Below, one piece after another: positions 38,497 to 50,007 of a stretch of DNA of 64,000 nt. Numbering within the stretch: the stretch's first letter is position 1; each line of letters begins with the position of its first letter. Position numbers and translations under genes: made by a program. The notes beneath the pieces are model-generated. The model had not been told where the DNA came from and ran no database searches. It was given only the letters and a program-made list of their open reading frames with translations. The DNA comes from an uncultured Actinomycetes bacterium (GTDB taxonomy: Bacteria; Actinomycetota; UBA4738; HRBIN12): NCBI GenBank assembly GCA_963704725.1, contig OY969934.1, positions 2,176,001 to 2,240,000 of the forward strand, in the 5' to 3' direction.

Positions 38497-39039
38497 TCAG
38501 CGCGCCCAGCCCGTGTATCGCTGAGCGCCGTACGAGGACCGCCGTTCGCGTCGACGGGCCGGATCGTTTCGTTCCAGTGCGGCGGCGACCGCTCGGACGA
38601 GCCAGGCGTTGACCGAGAGCCCGTCGTCGTCGGCCGCACGCTCGGCCCTGGCCTTCAGGTGATCGGGCAGTCGAAGGTTGATGCGCGCCATCGTGCCCGA
38701 GTCGCCCTCGGTGGGACCGAGCGGCGGGATGCCCGTCGCCGGCCGGCCACTCGCCGAGCCGTCGCCCACGGTCTGATCCTCCGCGGACGGATCGGCCGGC
38801 GGGGGCGTCACCACGAACTCGGGGTCACGCCCCCGCAAACGCACCTCGACCGAGCCCGGCGCGAGCTCCACGGTGATCTCGTCTGCCGCCGCCGCCAGCG
38901 CGTCCTGCAGCGTGAGGCGGATCGCCGCGTCCAGAGGTGCGACGAGGCGCCGAGCCAGCTCCCGAGCGTTCTCGTCCCCCGCCCCGGCGGCCACCTCGAG
39001 CTGCTGCTGGATGCTCTCGACGTACCGTTGGAGATTCAT
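38497..39039 (-). CDS. Protein with C-terminal ribbon-helix-helix (HicB-like) DNA-binding domain; probable autorepressor
   Basis: 'ARINLRLPDHLKARAERAADDDGLSVNAWLVRAV' RHH pattern; leaderless start. Confidence 0.78.
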   Translation of the reverse strand: MNLQRYVESIQQQLEVAAGAGDENARELARRLVAPLDAAIRLTLQDALAAAADEITVELAPGSVEVRLRGRDPEFVVTPPPADPSAEDQTVGDGSASGRPATGIPPLGPTEGDSGTMARINLRLPDHLKARAERAADDDGLSVNAWLVRAVAAALERNDPARRRERRSSYGAQRYTGWAR

Positions 39040-39102
39040 GGCGCCATGATGACATCATTGCTGGCGCCATGTCAACCTCATATGGCGCCATCATGGTGCC
39101 AA
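39036..39102 (-). promoter_or_regulatory. Promoter covered by five ATGGCGCCAT-type palindromes
   Basis: Units at 39038, 39049, 39061, 39082, 39093; minus-strand TTGACA 39070-39075 and CATCAT 39046-39051. Confidence 0.75.
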
Positions 39103-39210
39103 TCCGGCGGGAGAGGCGCACCGCCGGGCCGGGTCGTGCCGACCAGCTCAACCCTCGATCCGACATGAGAGGGATGCGGGCCGGCGAGCCGGATCGGGGA
39201 TGATGAGCGC

Positions 39211-39843
39211 ATGCCGCGCCCACTGACCGAGCGATCGCTCCTGCGCGCCACCCGGGCGTTGGCGGCGGGCGACCCCGCCCTGGCGGGATCCGTGGAACGG
39301 TTCGGCCCGCCGCCGCTCTGGTCGCGCGAGCCGTCGTTCGCCACGCTGGTGCACCTGATCCTCGAGCAGCAGGTGTCGCTGGCCTCGGCGCTCGCGGCGT
39401 TCGACCGGCTGCGCACCGCAACCGGGGAGGTGACGCCGGCGGGGCTCCTGTCCCTGGACGACCCGACCCTTCGCGAGATCGGGTTCAGCCGGCAGAAGGC
39501 CGGCTACGCGCGCGACCTCGCACTGGCTCTCACCGACGGCTTCGACCTTGGGGGGCTGGGGCGGCTCCCGGACGACGACGTGCGGAGCTCGCTGATGCGG
39601 CTGCGCGGCGTGGGTCGATGGACGGCCGACGTCTACCTGACGATGTGCCTCCTGCGCCCCGACGTGTGGCCTCACGGTGACCAGGCCCTGGCGACCGGAG
39701 CGATGGAGCTCCTCGCGTTGCCGGCGCGTCCGACGTTCGAGGAGCTGGAGTGCCTTGCCGAGCGCTGGCGTCCCTACCGTGCCGTCGCCGCCCGGATCCT
39801 GTGGCACCACTATCTGGGCGTCCGCGGCCGGCTCGACCGGTGA
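39211..39843 (+). CDS. DNA-3-methyladenine glycosylase II (AlkA/HhH-GPD family)
   Basis: 'ILEQQVS', HhH 'LRGVGRWTA', 'PDVWPHGD', 'WRPYRAVA'. Confidence 0.88.
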   Translation: MPRPLTERSLLRATRALAAGDPALAGSVERFGPPPLWSREPSFATLVHLILEQQVSLASALAAFDRLRTATGEVTPAGLLSLDDPTLREIGFSRQKAGYARDLALALTDGFDLGGLGRLPDDDVRSSLMRLRGVGRWTADVYLTMCLLRPDVWPHGDQALATGAMELLALPARPTFEELECLAERWRPYRAVAARILWHHYLGVRGRLDR

Positions 39844-39865
39844 CGGCGCGGGAGGCGCTCGTCGG

Positions 39866-42253
<2,388 letters not shown>

Positions 42254-42304
42254 CGTCTCCCCGACCGACGACCCCCCGTGTGGGCCCCGGGGCGAGCTCG
42301 GTCC

Positions 42305-42793
42305 TCAGCTCACCGCCTTCTTCACCAACGCGCCGATCCTCTTCTGATCGGCGGCGGTCAGCCTCGTCAACGCGAAGGAGGTCGGCCACATGGCGCCTTC
42401 GTCCAGGTTCGCCGACTCCTCGAAGCCGAAGGTCGCGTACCTCGACTTGAACTTGTCGGCGCTCTTGAAGAAGCAGACGACCTTGCCGTCCCGGTTGGCA
42501 TAGGCGGGCATCCCGTACCAGGTCTTGGGCAACAAGGAGGGCGCGCTGGCCTTGACGATCGCGTGGATCCGCTCGGCCAGGACGCGATCCGCCTCCGGCA
42601 TCTCGGCGATCTTCGCGAGGAGGTCGCGCTCGCCTTCCGCCGCGTCCGCGCCCCGGCGCGCCTCCGCCTTCAGCTCCCGGGCGCGCTCCTTCGCCGCGGC
42701 CCGTTCCTCGTCCGTGAACCCTTGGTACGCCGTGCCCGTGGTGCCCTTGGCGGACCTCTGCGTGACCTTCCTTGCCGGTTTCCTCTCAGCCAT
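42305..42793 (-). CDS. DUF1801-like protein
   Basis: '[16 protein letters not shown]', '[11 protein letters not shown]', 'RYATFGF', 'MWPTSFAL'; RBS GGAGG. Confidence 0.82.
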   Translation of the reverse strand: MAERKPARKVTQRSAKGTTGTAYQGFTDEERAAAKERARELKAEARRGADAAEGERDLLAKIAEMPEADRVLAERIHAIVKASAPSLLPKTWYGMPAYANRDGKVVCFFKSADKFKSRYATFGFEESANLDEGAMWPTSFALTRLTAADQKRIGALVKKAVS

Positions 42794-42914
42794 CTGCAAG
42801 CACCTCCGTGCGTCGGTCGAGTCCAAACCACTTGACCTCCGGCGCGACCGCCGGACGGCTCGGTGCGGCAACCCTGATCGCGCTCGCCTCGCCGAGCCGT
42901 CGGAGCGGTCCGGC

Positions 42915-43135
42915 TGGGTGATCTGGACCAGATTGCCACAGGTGTCGTTCACCATGGCGATCGTCGAGCCGGTCACCTCCGTCGGCGGCATCGTGAACTC
43001 GGCCCCTGCGGCCTTCATCCGCTCGTGGTCGGGTTGGATGTCCTCCGTGTAGAACATGGCGGCGGGCTGCCCCTGCTGGAACATCGCCCGCTGGAAGGCC
43101 CTGGCTGCGCCCGGATCCCGCGGGTCTGGTTCCAT
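42915..43135 (-). pseudogene. C-terminal half of a VOC/glyoxalase gene, 5'-truncated
   Basis: 'FYTEDIQ...[31 protein letters not shown]' VOC C-half; N-half absent. Confidence 0.65.
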
Positions 43136-43161
43136 GACCCCGCGCGATGGAGAAACGTGAC

Positions 43162-44070
43162 ATGGATCAGCAGGAATCGCTCACCCGGCAGTTCGAGGCG
43201 CACCGCCCGCGTCTGCGGGCCGTGGCGTATCGCATGCTGGGCTCCCTGAGCGAAGCCGACGATGCCGTCCAGGACGCCTGGCTGCGGCTCAGCCGTACCG
43301 ACGCCGCCGAGGTGGACAACCTCGGTGGCTGGCTGACGACCGTGGTCGCGCGGGTGGCGCTCAGCATGCTCCGCTCTCGCACGACGCGGCGCGAACAGCC
43401 GCTGGATGTGCGCGTCCCCGATCCGATCGTCGATGCCGCCGACGGCACGGACCCCGAGCACGAAACGCTGCTCGCCGACTCGGTCGGGTTGGCGCTGCTG
43501 GTCGTGCTCGAGACGCTGACCCCGCCCGAACGGCTCGCCTACGTGCTTCACGACATGTTCGCGGTGCCCTTCGAGGAGATCGCGGTCATCATGGAGCGCT
43601 CCCCGGAGTCGGCGCGCCAACTCGCCAGTCGTGCCCGCCGCCGCGTCCGCGGACACGCCCCGGTGCCGGACGCGGATCTCCCCGCTCAATGGGAGGTCGT
43701 CGACGCCTTCCTCGCGGCCGCACGCCATGGGGACTTCGAGGCGCTGGTCGCCGTCCTGGACCCGGACGTGGTGCTCAGAGCCGACGGCGGCCGCGCGGAC
43801 GTGTCGCGCCTCATCCGTGGTGCGGAGGCGGTCGCGCGCCAGGCCCTGATGTGGACGCGGGTCGCTGGGACCACGCGGCGGGCGCTGATCAACGGCGCCG
43901 CCGGCATGGTCTCGATCCGCGATGGCCGACCGTTCTCCGTGCACGCGGTGACGATCACGAGCCGGAAGATCGTCGAGTGGGACATCCTCGCGGACCCCGA
44001 ACGGCTCGCCCTGCTCGACCTCGCCACTGCAGCGACCGACGGCGACGCATCACAAGACCTCGATGGGTAG
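43162..44070 (+). CDS. ECF sigma factor with C-terminal SnoaL-like domain (ECF41-like)
   Basis: '[21 protein letters not shown]', '[15 protein letters not shown]', '[12 protein letters not shown]'. Confidence 0.9.
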   Translation: MDQQESLTRQFEAHRPRLRAVAYRMLGSLSEADDAVQDAWLRLSRTDAAEVDNLGGWLTTVVARVALSMLRSRTTRREQPLDVRVPDPIVDAADGTDPEHETLLADSVGLALLVVLETLTPPERLAYVLHDMFAVPFEEIAVIMERSPESARQLASRARRRVRGHAPVPDADLPAQWEVVDAFLAAARHGDFEALVAVLDPDVVLRADGGRADVSRLIRGAEAVARQALMWTRVAGTTRRALINGAAGMVSIRDGRPFSVHAVTITSRKIVEWDILADPERLALLDLATAATDGDASQDLDG

Positions 44071-44115
44071 TCGGCCGATGCCGCTGCTCGACGTCGATCG
44101 GGTCCGATTCGCTCC

Positions 44116-44166
44116 GTTACAGTTCCGTGACGATCGGGCCACGTGCCCTCCGGGCTTGGCTACGCT
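44116..44166 (+). promoter_or_regulatory. Putative OmpR-family binding repeats and -10 box
   Basis: GTTAC (44116), GTGAC (44127), GCCAC (44138) at 11-bp phase; TACGCT at 44161. Confidence 0.45.
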
Positions 44167-44239
44167 GATGTCGCTGTCGTGTGTCCGCGACCCGTCCGCG
44201 CGCGCCGCGGGCCCGGGCCGATTCGTCGGTCGAGGAGTG

Positions 44240-44692
44240 ATGGGCATGGTTCGCATCGAGCTATCGGCCGAGGGCAGGAGAGCGCTGGAGGAACGGCTGC
44301 AGCGTCTCGACGACCAGGCCTCGGACCTGAAGGTGCAGTGGGCGGAGTCTGCAGACCCGGCGACCCAGGCGGCTCTCGAGGCCGTCGGGCGGGAGAAGGC
44401 GCGCCTCCGCGAGGCCCTCACGGCCGCGCGCACGATCGAGGAAGGGGTCAGCGACGCGACCGTCGTCGAGCAGGGGGATACCGTGACGATCCGGATGGAC
44501 GGGGATCCCGGTCACGAACGGTTCAAGCTCGTGAGCGAGCTCGAGGCGCGCCTGAACGACTCGTGGATCTCCACCGAAGCGCCGATGGGACGAGCCCTGC
44601 TCGGCGGCCGGCTCGGGGACCGGGTCGACGTCCTCACGCCGAGCGGGCCCGTGCGCTACCAGATCCTGTCCATCGACCGAGACCCCCCGTAG
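44240..44692 (+). CDS. GreA/GreB/Rnk-family protein with atypical coiled-coil tip
   Basis: 'LSAEGRRALEERL', C-domain 'VEQGDTVTI...ISTEAPMGRALLGGRLGDRVDVLTPSG...YQILSI'; RBS GAGGAG. Confidence 0.8.
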   Translation: MGMVRIELSAEGRRALEERLQRLDDQASDLKVQWAESADPATQAALEAVGREKARLREALTAARTIEEGVSDATVVEQGDTVTIRMDGDPGHERFKLVSELEARLNDSWISTEAPMGRALLGGRLGDRVDVLTPSGPVRYQILSIDRDPP

Positions 44693-44764
44693 GGCACCCA
44701 TTGAGCCGCGGTCACGCCGCAGCGGGCGGATCGAACGCGGCACGAGGCCGTCCCGGGCTCCTCC

Positions 44765-45448
44765 ATGGGTGAGCGCATCCTGCTGGTGGAGGACGACCGG
44801 CGCGTACGGCGGGCCACGGTGCTCGCGCTCGAGGAGGCCGGGTACGAGGTGCTCGAGGCCGACGGCGCCGAGACCGCGATCCAGGCCCTGATCGACGGGA
44901 ACCCGAACATCGCGATCCTTGACGTGATGCTGCCCGGTCAGGACGGGTTCGAGCTGTGCCGCCGGATCCGAAGGATCAGCGACCTCCCGATCATCTTCCT
45001 GTCCGCGCGGGGAGGAACGATGGACATCGTGATCGGGCTCGAGTCCGGCGGCGACGACTACGTCACCAAGCCCTTCAAGGTGCCGGAGCTCGTCGCCCGC
45101 ATCCGGGCCGCCCTCCGCCGGTTCGACGCCGAGGGTCATCAGGACCTGATCCGAGTGGGCGACCTGGAGATCGAGCCGTCCGCCGGCGTCGTCCGGCTGC
45201 AGGGTCGCGAGGTCTCGCTCACGAGGACCGAGTTCCGTCTCCTGGAGTGCCTCGCCTCTCGGCCCAACCAGATCTTCACGCGCGAAGTGCTCCTGGAGCG
45301 GGTGTGGGAGTACGACTACCTCGGCGACTCACGCCTGGTCGACGTGCACGTCCGTCGGCTCCGAGGCAAGGTCGAGCGCGATGCCGCCGCTCCCCAGCTC
45401 ATCAAGACCGTGCGGGGGTTCGGCTACAAGCTCGTCGGGCAGCCATGA
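44765..45448 (+). CDS. OmpR-family response regulator (MtrA/AfsQ1/CseB-like)
   Basis: 'LLVEDD', 'LDVMLPG', 'YVTKPF', 'GDSRLVDVHVRRLRGK', 'KTVRGFGY'. Confidence 0.92.
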   Translation: MGERILLVEDDRRVRRATVLALEEAGYEVLEADGAETAIQALIDGNPNIAILDVMLPGQDGFELCRRIRRISDLPIIFLSARGGTMDIVIGLESGGDDYVTKPFKVPELVARIRAALRRFDAEGHQDLIRVGDLEIEPSAGVVRLQGREVSLTRTEFRLLECLASRPNQIFTREVLLERVWEYDYLGDSRLVDVHVRRLRGKVERDAAAPQLIKTVRGFGYKLVGQP

Positions 45449-46851
45449 CCCCGCTCCGGGGACTCCTGCGGCGTCAGAGCCTGCGCTTTCGGATCACGCT
45501 GACGTACACGGGCACGGCCGCGGCGCTCGCCATCGTCCTCAGTGCGGGAACCTTCTTCTCGGTGCAGCGAGCTCTGCTGGACCAGCGCGTCACCTCGACG
45601 ACGCGACAGACGATCTTCGCGCTCCTGTTCGCCCGGAGCTTCGTCGGCAGCGACGCCGAGCGCAACCAGCGGGTCGTCTCCCTACTCCAGTCGCGCGAGT
45701 CGCTCGATGCGATGGTGACCGACGGCGACACGTGGTTCTCCTCGTCGCTGTCCCTGACGCCGGACACCGTCCCGACCGAGCTGCGCGCCCTCGTCTCCCG
45801 GGAGCGACTGGCCTATCAGTTCACCTCGACCGGCGAGGAGAACGTGATCGTCTACGGCGCGCCGTTGCCTCCGCCCGGGGTGGACCTCTACCTGTTCTTC
45901 TCCATGGCCGACCTCTCGCGCGCGCTGTCGCTGCTCGGCCGAGTCCTGATCGTGGCGAGCGCCATCGTCGTCCTCGTCGCCGCCGCCCTTGCCCAGCGCA
46001 TCAGCCGTCGGGTGCTCCAGCCCCTGACGGCGGTCAGCCTCGCGGCTCGGGACCTGGCCGACGGCCTCCTGGAGGCACGGGTGGTCCCGGCGAGCACGGA
46101 CGAGCTGGGAATGCTGGCGAACTCCTTCAACGAGATGGCCGGCGAGCTCCAGCGGATGATCGAGCGCGAGCGCCGGTTCGTCGCCAACGCCTCGCACGAG
46201 CTGCGCACACCGCTGTCGACGTTGGAGGCGACCAGCGGGTTGCTGGCCGCCCACCGCGACGAGTTCTCGGGACCGGCGGGAGAGGCCGTGGACCTCGTCG
46301 TCGAGGACGTCGCCGGGCTCCGGCGACTGGTCGAGGAGCTCCTGGAGGTGTCCGAGCTCGACGCGGGCAGGGCGAGCGTGCGGTGGGAGGAGGTGGACCT
46401 GCGCGCCCTGGCCGACGCCGCCCTCAAGCGCCGTCACCTCGAGGCGCCGATCGACGGGGACCGGCTCGTCACGTTCTCCGACAAGGCACGCGTCGACCGC
46501 ATCGTGGGGAACCTGCTCGACAACGCCTTCACGCACGGCGGCGGCCGCGACGTCCGCGTGTCCGTTGCCGCGGAAGACCCGGGGTGCCGGATCTCGGTGT
46601 CCGACCGGGGTCCCGGGATCTCCGACGAGGACGTTCCGAAGCTGTTCGATCGCTTCTTCAAGTCCGACGACTCCCGCACCCGACGAACGGGCAGCGTCGG
46701 TCTCGGGTTGGCCATCGCCCACCAGAACGCCCGGCTCCTCGGGGGCTCGCTCGAGGTCCGGACGACCGAGGGCGAAGGATCGACCTTCTCGCTGTGGCTC
46801 CCCTGGCGGGAGGCCCCGCCCGATGTCTCCGAGGGCAAGGACGCGTCGTGA
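45445..46851 (+). CDS. Sensor histidine kinase (MtrB/CseC-like)
   Basis: Two TMs, HAMP, 'ASHELRTPL', 'NLLDNA', 'DRGPGI', 'GLGLAI'; ATGA coupling. Confidence 0.92.
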   Translation: MTPLRGLLRRQSLRFRITLTYTGTAAALAIVLSAGTFFSVQRALLDQRVTSTTRQTIFALLFARSFVGSDAERNQRVVSLLQSRESLDAMVTDGDTWFSSSLSLTPDTVPTELRALVSRERLAYQFTSTGEENVIVYGAPLPPPGVDLYLFFSMADLSRALSLLGRVLIVASAIVVLVAAALAQRISRRVLQPLTAVSLAARDLADGLLEARVVPASTDELGMLANSFNEMAGELQRMIERERRFVANASHELRTPLSTLEATSGLLAAHRDEFSGPAGEAVDLVVEDVAGLRRLVEELLEVSELDAGRASVRWEEVDLRALADAALKRRHLEAPIDGDRLVTFSDKARVDRIVGNLLDNAFTHGGGRDVRVSVAAEDPGCRISVSDRGPGISDEDVPKLFDRFFKSDDSRTRRTGSVGLGLAIAHQNARLLGGSLEVRTTEGEGSTFSLWLPWREAPPDVSEGKDAS

Positions 46852-47414
46852 AGCCCTCGCGGCTGCTCGCGCTCGCCCTGGTGTCGGCCCTGTGCGCCTC
46901 CTGCGCTCCGGATCCCGGTCCGGTCGAGATCCCCCCCGATCAGCTGCCCGAGTCCCTCGCGCGAGGCGCGGAGCCGTTCCCCGGCAGCGGCACGGCGACG
47001 GCGCGCATGTACCTCGTGCGCGGAGGGAGGCTGGTGCGGGTCCTCCGGGACGTGCCCACGGAGACGTCCGCCGCGGAGACGGTCATGCTGGCCCTCCTCG
47101 AGGGCCCGACCGCGGACGAACGCTCCCAGGGGATCGAGACCGCCGTTCCGGGGGCCACCCAGCTCCTCGGCATCCGCATCCTCCAGGGGGTGGCGCACGT
47201 CGACCTCAGCGACGAATTCGAGGGACCCGCCGAGCCGACGATCGTGCTGCTTCGCATCGCGCAGGTGGTCTGGACGCTCGCCGGCGTCCCCGACGTGGTC
47301 GCCGTCGGCTTCGCGGTCGAGGGAGAGGCGATCGGCGTGCCCACCGAGGACCGGGCCGTGGTCGAGGGTCCCGTCTCGGCGCTGGACTACTCGCTGGTCG
47401 CGCCCACCGACTGA
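46848..47414 (+). CDS. GerMN-domain lipoprotein (accessory third component)
   Basis: Lipobox 'CASC'; 'LLEGPTADERSQGIETAVP', 'AHVDLS', 'IAQVVWTL'; GTGA coupling. Confidence 0.82.
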   Translation: MKPSRLLALALVSALCASCAPDPGPVEIPPDQLPESLARGAEPFPGSGTATARMYLVRGGRLVRVLRDVPTETSAAETVMLALLEGPTADERSQGIETAVPGATQLLGIRILQGVAHVDLSDEFEGPAEPTIVLLRIAQVVWTLAGVPDVVAVGFAVEGEAIGVPTEDRAVVEGPVSALDYSLVAPTD

Positions 47415-47485
47415 GGCGCGGATCGTCTCGAAACCGTTACGTCCGCGACGGGTGACCGCAACGTCGGGTTGGCAGGGTTGGACCG

Positions 47486-47731
47486 ATGTCCGCCTCGCAT
47501 TCGCTGGTACCGCCCTCGCCGGCGGGGACGGCGCGCCCGGTCGTTCCCTGCCCGCGTTGCGGAAGCCGAACCACGCGGCTGGAGGACCCGAAGGGACGTT
47601 GGTGCGTCTGCACGCGCTGCGGAACGTGGACCGCCGGGCGGATCCCCCAGGGGCAGGCGAGCGCGCCGACGCACGCCGATCGGGACGAGGGATCCTCGAT
47701 CCCGGACACGAACGGGCCGGGTTCGCCGTGA
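47486..47731 (+). CDS. Putative small zinc-ribbon protein
   Basis: CPRC-X16-CTRC motif; ORF fills an otherwise empty gap. Confidence 0.45.
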   Translation: MSASHSLVPPSPAGTARPVVPCPRCGSRTTRLEDPKGRWCVCTRCGTWTAGRIPQGQASAPTHADRDEGSSIPDTNGPGSP

Positions 47732-47816
47732 GGATCGGCGACACCGAGATGGCGGATGCCCGGCGACGCGGAACGGGAGACCATGACCGGCGAGCTCGGC
47801 CCCCCGGCGCGCCGGC

Positions 47817-48752
47817 ATGGTCTCACCCGACGAGCGGCTCCCGACGCCGCGCCTCGAGGTGACCGTGGACCGCGTCGGGATCGCGCTGAGCGGTGTCGGC
47901 GCGAGCGCGGTGACGTGGGAGACGGCCGTGCTGGCCGGCCTGGCCGACGAGGGCGTCGACCCTCGGACCGCCCACGCGATCGTCGGCACCTCGGCCGGCG
48001 CCGCGGTCGCGGGCCGCATCGCCATGGGAGCCGAGGCACAAGAGGCCGCCGCAGACCTGGCCCACGAGCCTCCGCCCGTCCCCTCGACCAGGGTTCGCCG
48101 GGCTGCACGGTCGACGGTCCGCCGCGCCATCGCGATCTGGAGCGATCCCGAGCTCGACGACCGCGAGCGGCGCCGACGGATCGGATCGCTCACCGTGGAG
48201 GGCGCCCTCCCCGCCGGATCGGGGCCTCAACGGTCACCGGCGGGCCCCACCCTTCCGCCGGAACCCTGGCCCGAGCGACTCCGGATCTCGGCGGTGGACG
48301 CACGCTCGGGGGACCGCGTCGTGTTGGACGCCTCGTGCGGTGCGAGCCTCGAGGAGGTGGTCGAGGAAACCCCCTCTCTGCCCGGGGTGGCGCCGGCGGT
48401 GTCGATCGGTGAGCGCGTCGTGACCGACGCCGCGCTCGTGTCCGGTGCGAACGCGGACCTCCTGGCGAACGCCGCCGTGGATACGGTCCTCGTGCTGACC
48501 ACGGCGAGCCTCGGCGATCCTCTGGACGCCGACGAGGAACGCGCTCTCGACCGCATGTGGAACGCCCATCTGGAAAGGGAGCTCGCAGCCCTGGGGGCCC
48601 GCAAGGTCCCCACCCTGGTGATCCGCCCATCCACGGAAGCTCGCCGGGCGATGGGGAACGACTTCACCCGACTCCGCGATCCGGCCGCCGTCGTGCAGGC
48701 GGGTTACGACCAGGGTCGCCGGGTCGCCTGCTTCCTATCGGCGTCCCAGTGA
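47817..48752 (+). CDS. Patatin-like phospholipase family protein (degenerate motifs)
   Basis: 'IVGTSAG' nucleophile elbow, 'ISAVDARSG', 'SLPGVAP', 'TDAA'; start uncertain. Confidence 0.75.
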   Translation: MVSPDERLPTPRLEVTVDRVGIALSGVGASAVTWETAVLAGLADEGVDPRTAHAIVGTSAGAAVAGRIAMGAEAQEAAADLAHEPPPVPSTRVRRAARSTVRRAIAIWSDPELDDRERRRRIGSLTVEGALPAGSGPQRSPAGPTLPPEPWPERLRISAVDARSGDRVVLDASCGASLEEVVEETPSLPGVAPAVSIGERVVTDAALVSGANADLLANAAVDTVLVLTTASLGDPLDADEERALDRMWNAHLERELAALGARKVPTLVIRPSTEARRAMGNDFTRLRDPAAVVQAGYDQGRRVACFLSASQ

Positions 48753-48783
48753 CGACTTCCGAACGGGATCGAAGGAGGGATCG

Positions 48784-49056
48784 ATGACGAGCGCGGAATC
48801 GATCAGGGATCGCGCGTTGGAGCTCGCTCGAGATGAGCTCGACGCGGCATCGGCGATCCGAGCGCTGAGACGCGCCTGCGCCGGGCACATGGTCCCGGTG
48901 CGGATGGCTCGGGATGAGCTGTCGATCTGGCTCGAAGACGTCCCCGGGCATCGGGTGGCGAGGCGCGCCCTCGAGCTGCTGGATGGGCTGCTCGACGGAT
49001 CGCCCGCCCAGCACATCACCGAGGCGCGAGCCCCGGTACCCCAAGGCGTGGCCTGA
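48784..49056 (+). CDS. Hypothetical helical protein (90 aa)
   Basis: Strong RBS GAAGGAGGG before ATG; amphipathic helices. Confidence 0.6.
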   Translation: MTSAESIRDRALELARDELDAASAIRALRRACAGHMVPVRMARDELSIWLEDVPGHRVARRALELLDGLLDGSPAQHITEARAPVPQGVA

Positions 49057-49149
49057 GCAGCTCCGTGCTCGACGTCGGGATCACGACGTTTCCAACCCTC
49101 GCGTGTAGCGGGACCGGCGATCGTGGGATCGATCCGGGGACGCCCGGCC

Positions 49150-50007
49150 TCAGGCCCCGAGCCGGTAGGTTCGCATCGCACAACCTTCGAGGATCGAGTC
49201 GAGCGCTTCACCGACGAACTCCGACAACAGGCCGACCGTGACGTCGAAGACGTCCGAGTACCCGGCGGCGAGCAAGCAGACCGGCCAGTCGGATCCGAAC
49301 ATCAGCCGTTCCGGCCCGAAGACGTCGAGCGCCGTGCGGACGTAGGGCCGGAGGTCCGCCGGCCGCCACCCGCCCCAGCTCGCCTCCGTCACGAGTCCGG
49401 ACACCTTGCACACCACGTTCTCGAGGTCGCCAAGACCCTTGATGAGCGTGGACCAGGGCTCGATCTCCCCCGCGGCGATCGGCGGCTTGGCGAGATGGTC
49501 GACGACCAGCCCGAGCTGAGGGACCCGCCGAGCGAGCGCCTGCGCGGCAGGCAACTCCCTGCTGCGGACCAGGAGGTCGTAGGTCAGCCCGGCATCCGCG
49601 ACCGCCGCGAGGCCCCTGAGGACGTCGGCGCGCAGGAGCCATTCCGGGTCCGGCTCGTCATGTGCCTGATGTCGGATCCCGACGAGATGACGCCCGCCCG
49701 GTCCCGCGCGCAGCGTCGCGATCGTGTCGGCGACGTCGGGAGCGGTGAGGTCGACCCACCCCACCACGCCCGCGACCCACGTCACGGTGTCGGCGATCTC
49801 GAGCAGGCGTCGGGTCTCGTCGAGCTCGTGCCGAGCCTGGACCACGATCGTCGCGTCGATCCCGGCCGCGATGAGCTCGGGCTCGAGGTCGACCGGGCCG
49901 TACGCCCGCCGGAGCGCCTCGTACTCGCCCGTCATCCACGGGTACTCGGCGACCTCCGGGTCCCAGAAGTGCTGATGGGTGTCGATGACGCGGCCGGGCC
50001 GCCGCAT
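49150..50007 (-). CDS. Amidohydrolase-2 family sugar lactonase (L-fuconolactonase-like)
   Basis: 'IDTHQHFW', 'VDHLAKP', 'CKVSG', 'FGSDWPVC'. Confidence 0.88.
   Translation of the reverse strand: MRRPGRVIDTHQHFWDPEVAEYPWMTGEYEALRRAYGPVDLEPELIAAGIDATIVVQARHELDETRRLLEIADTVTWVAGVVGWVDLTAPDVADTIATLRAGPGGRHLVGIRHQAHDEPDPEWLLRADVLRGLAAVADAGLTYDLLVRSRELPAAQALARRVPQLGLVVDHLAKPPIAAGEIEPWSTLIKGLGDLENVVCKVSGLVTEASWGGWRPADLRPYVRTALDVFGPERLMFGSDWPVCLLAAGYSDVFDVTVGLLSEFVGEALDSILEGCAMRTYRLGA

Noticed and set aside
39036-39102. Repeat array considered as CRISPR, iteron or toxin-antitoxin signal
   Set aside because: Units are 10-bp palindromes without unique spacers; no cas, rep or hicA gene; the array overlaps a promoter, so operator is the simpler reading.
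44765-47414. The essential mtrA-mtrB-lpqB locus
   Set aside because: The lipoprotein is a single short GerMN domain and the context is accessory; treated as a paralogous trio without symbols.
47817-48752. Patatin as a CBASS (CapV) or other anti-phage effector
   Set aside because: No CD-NTase, TIR, nuclease or other defence gene is nearby.
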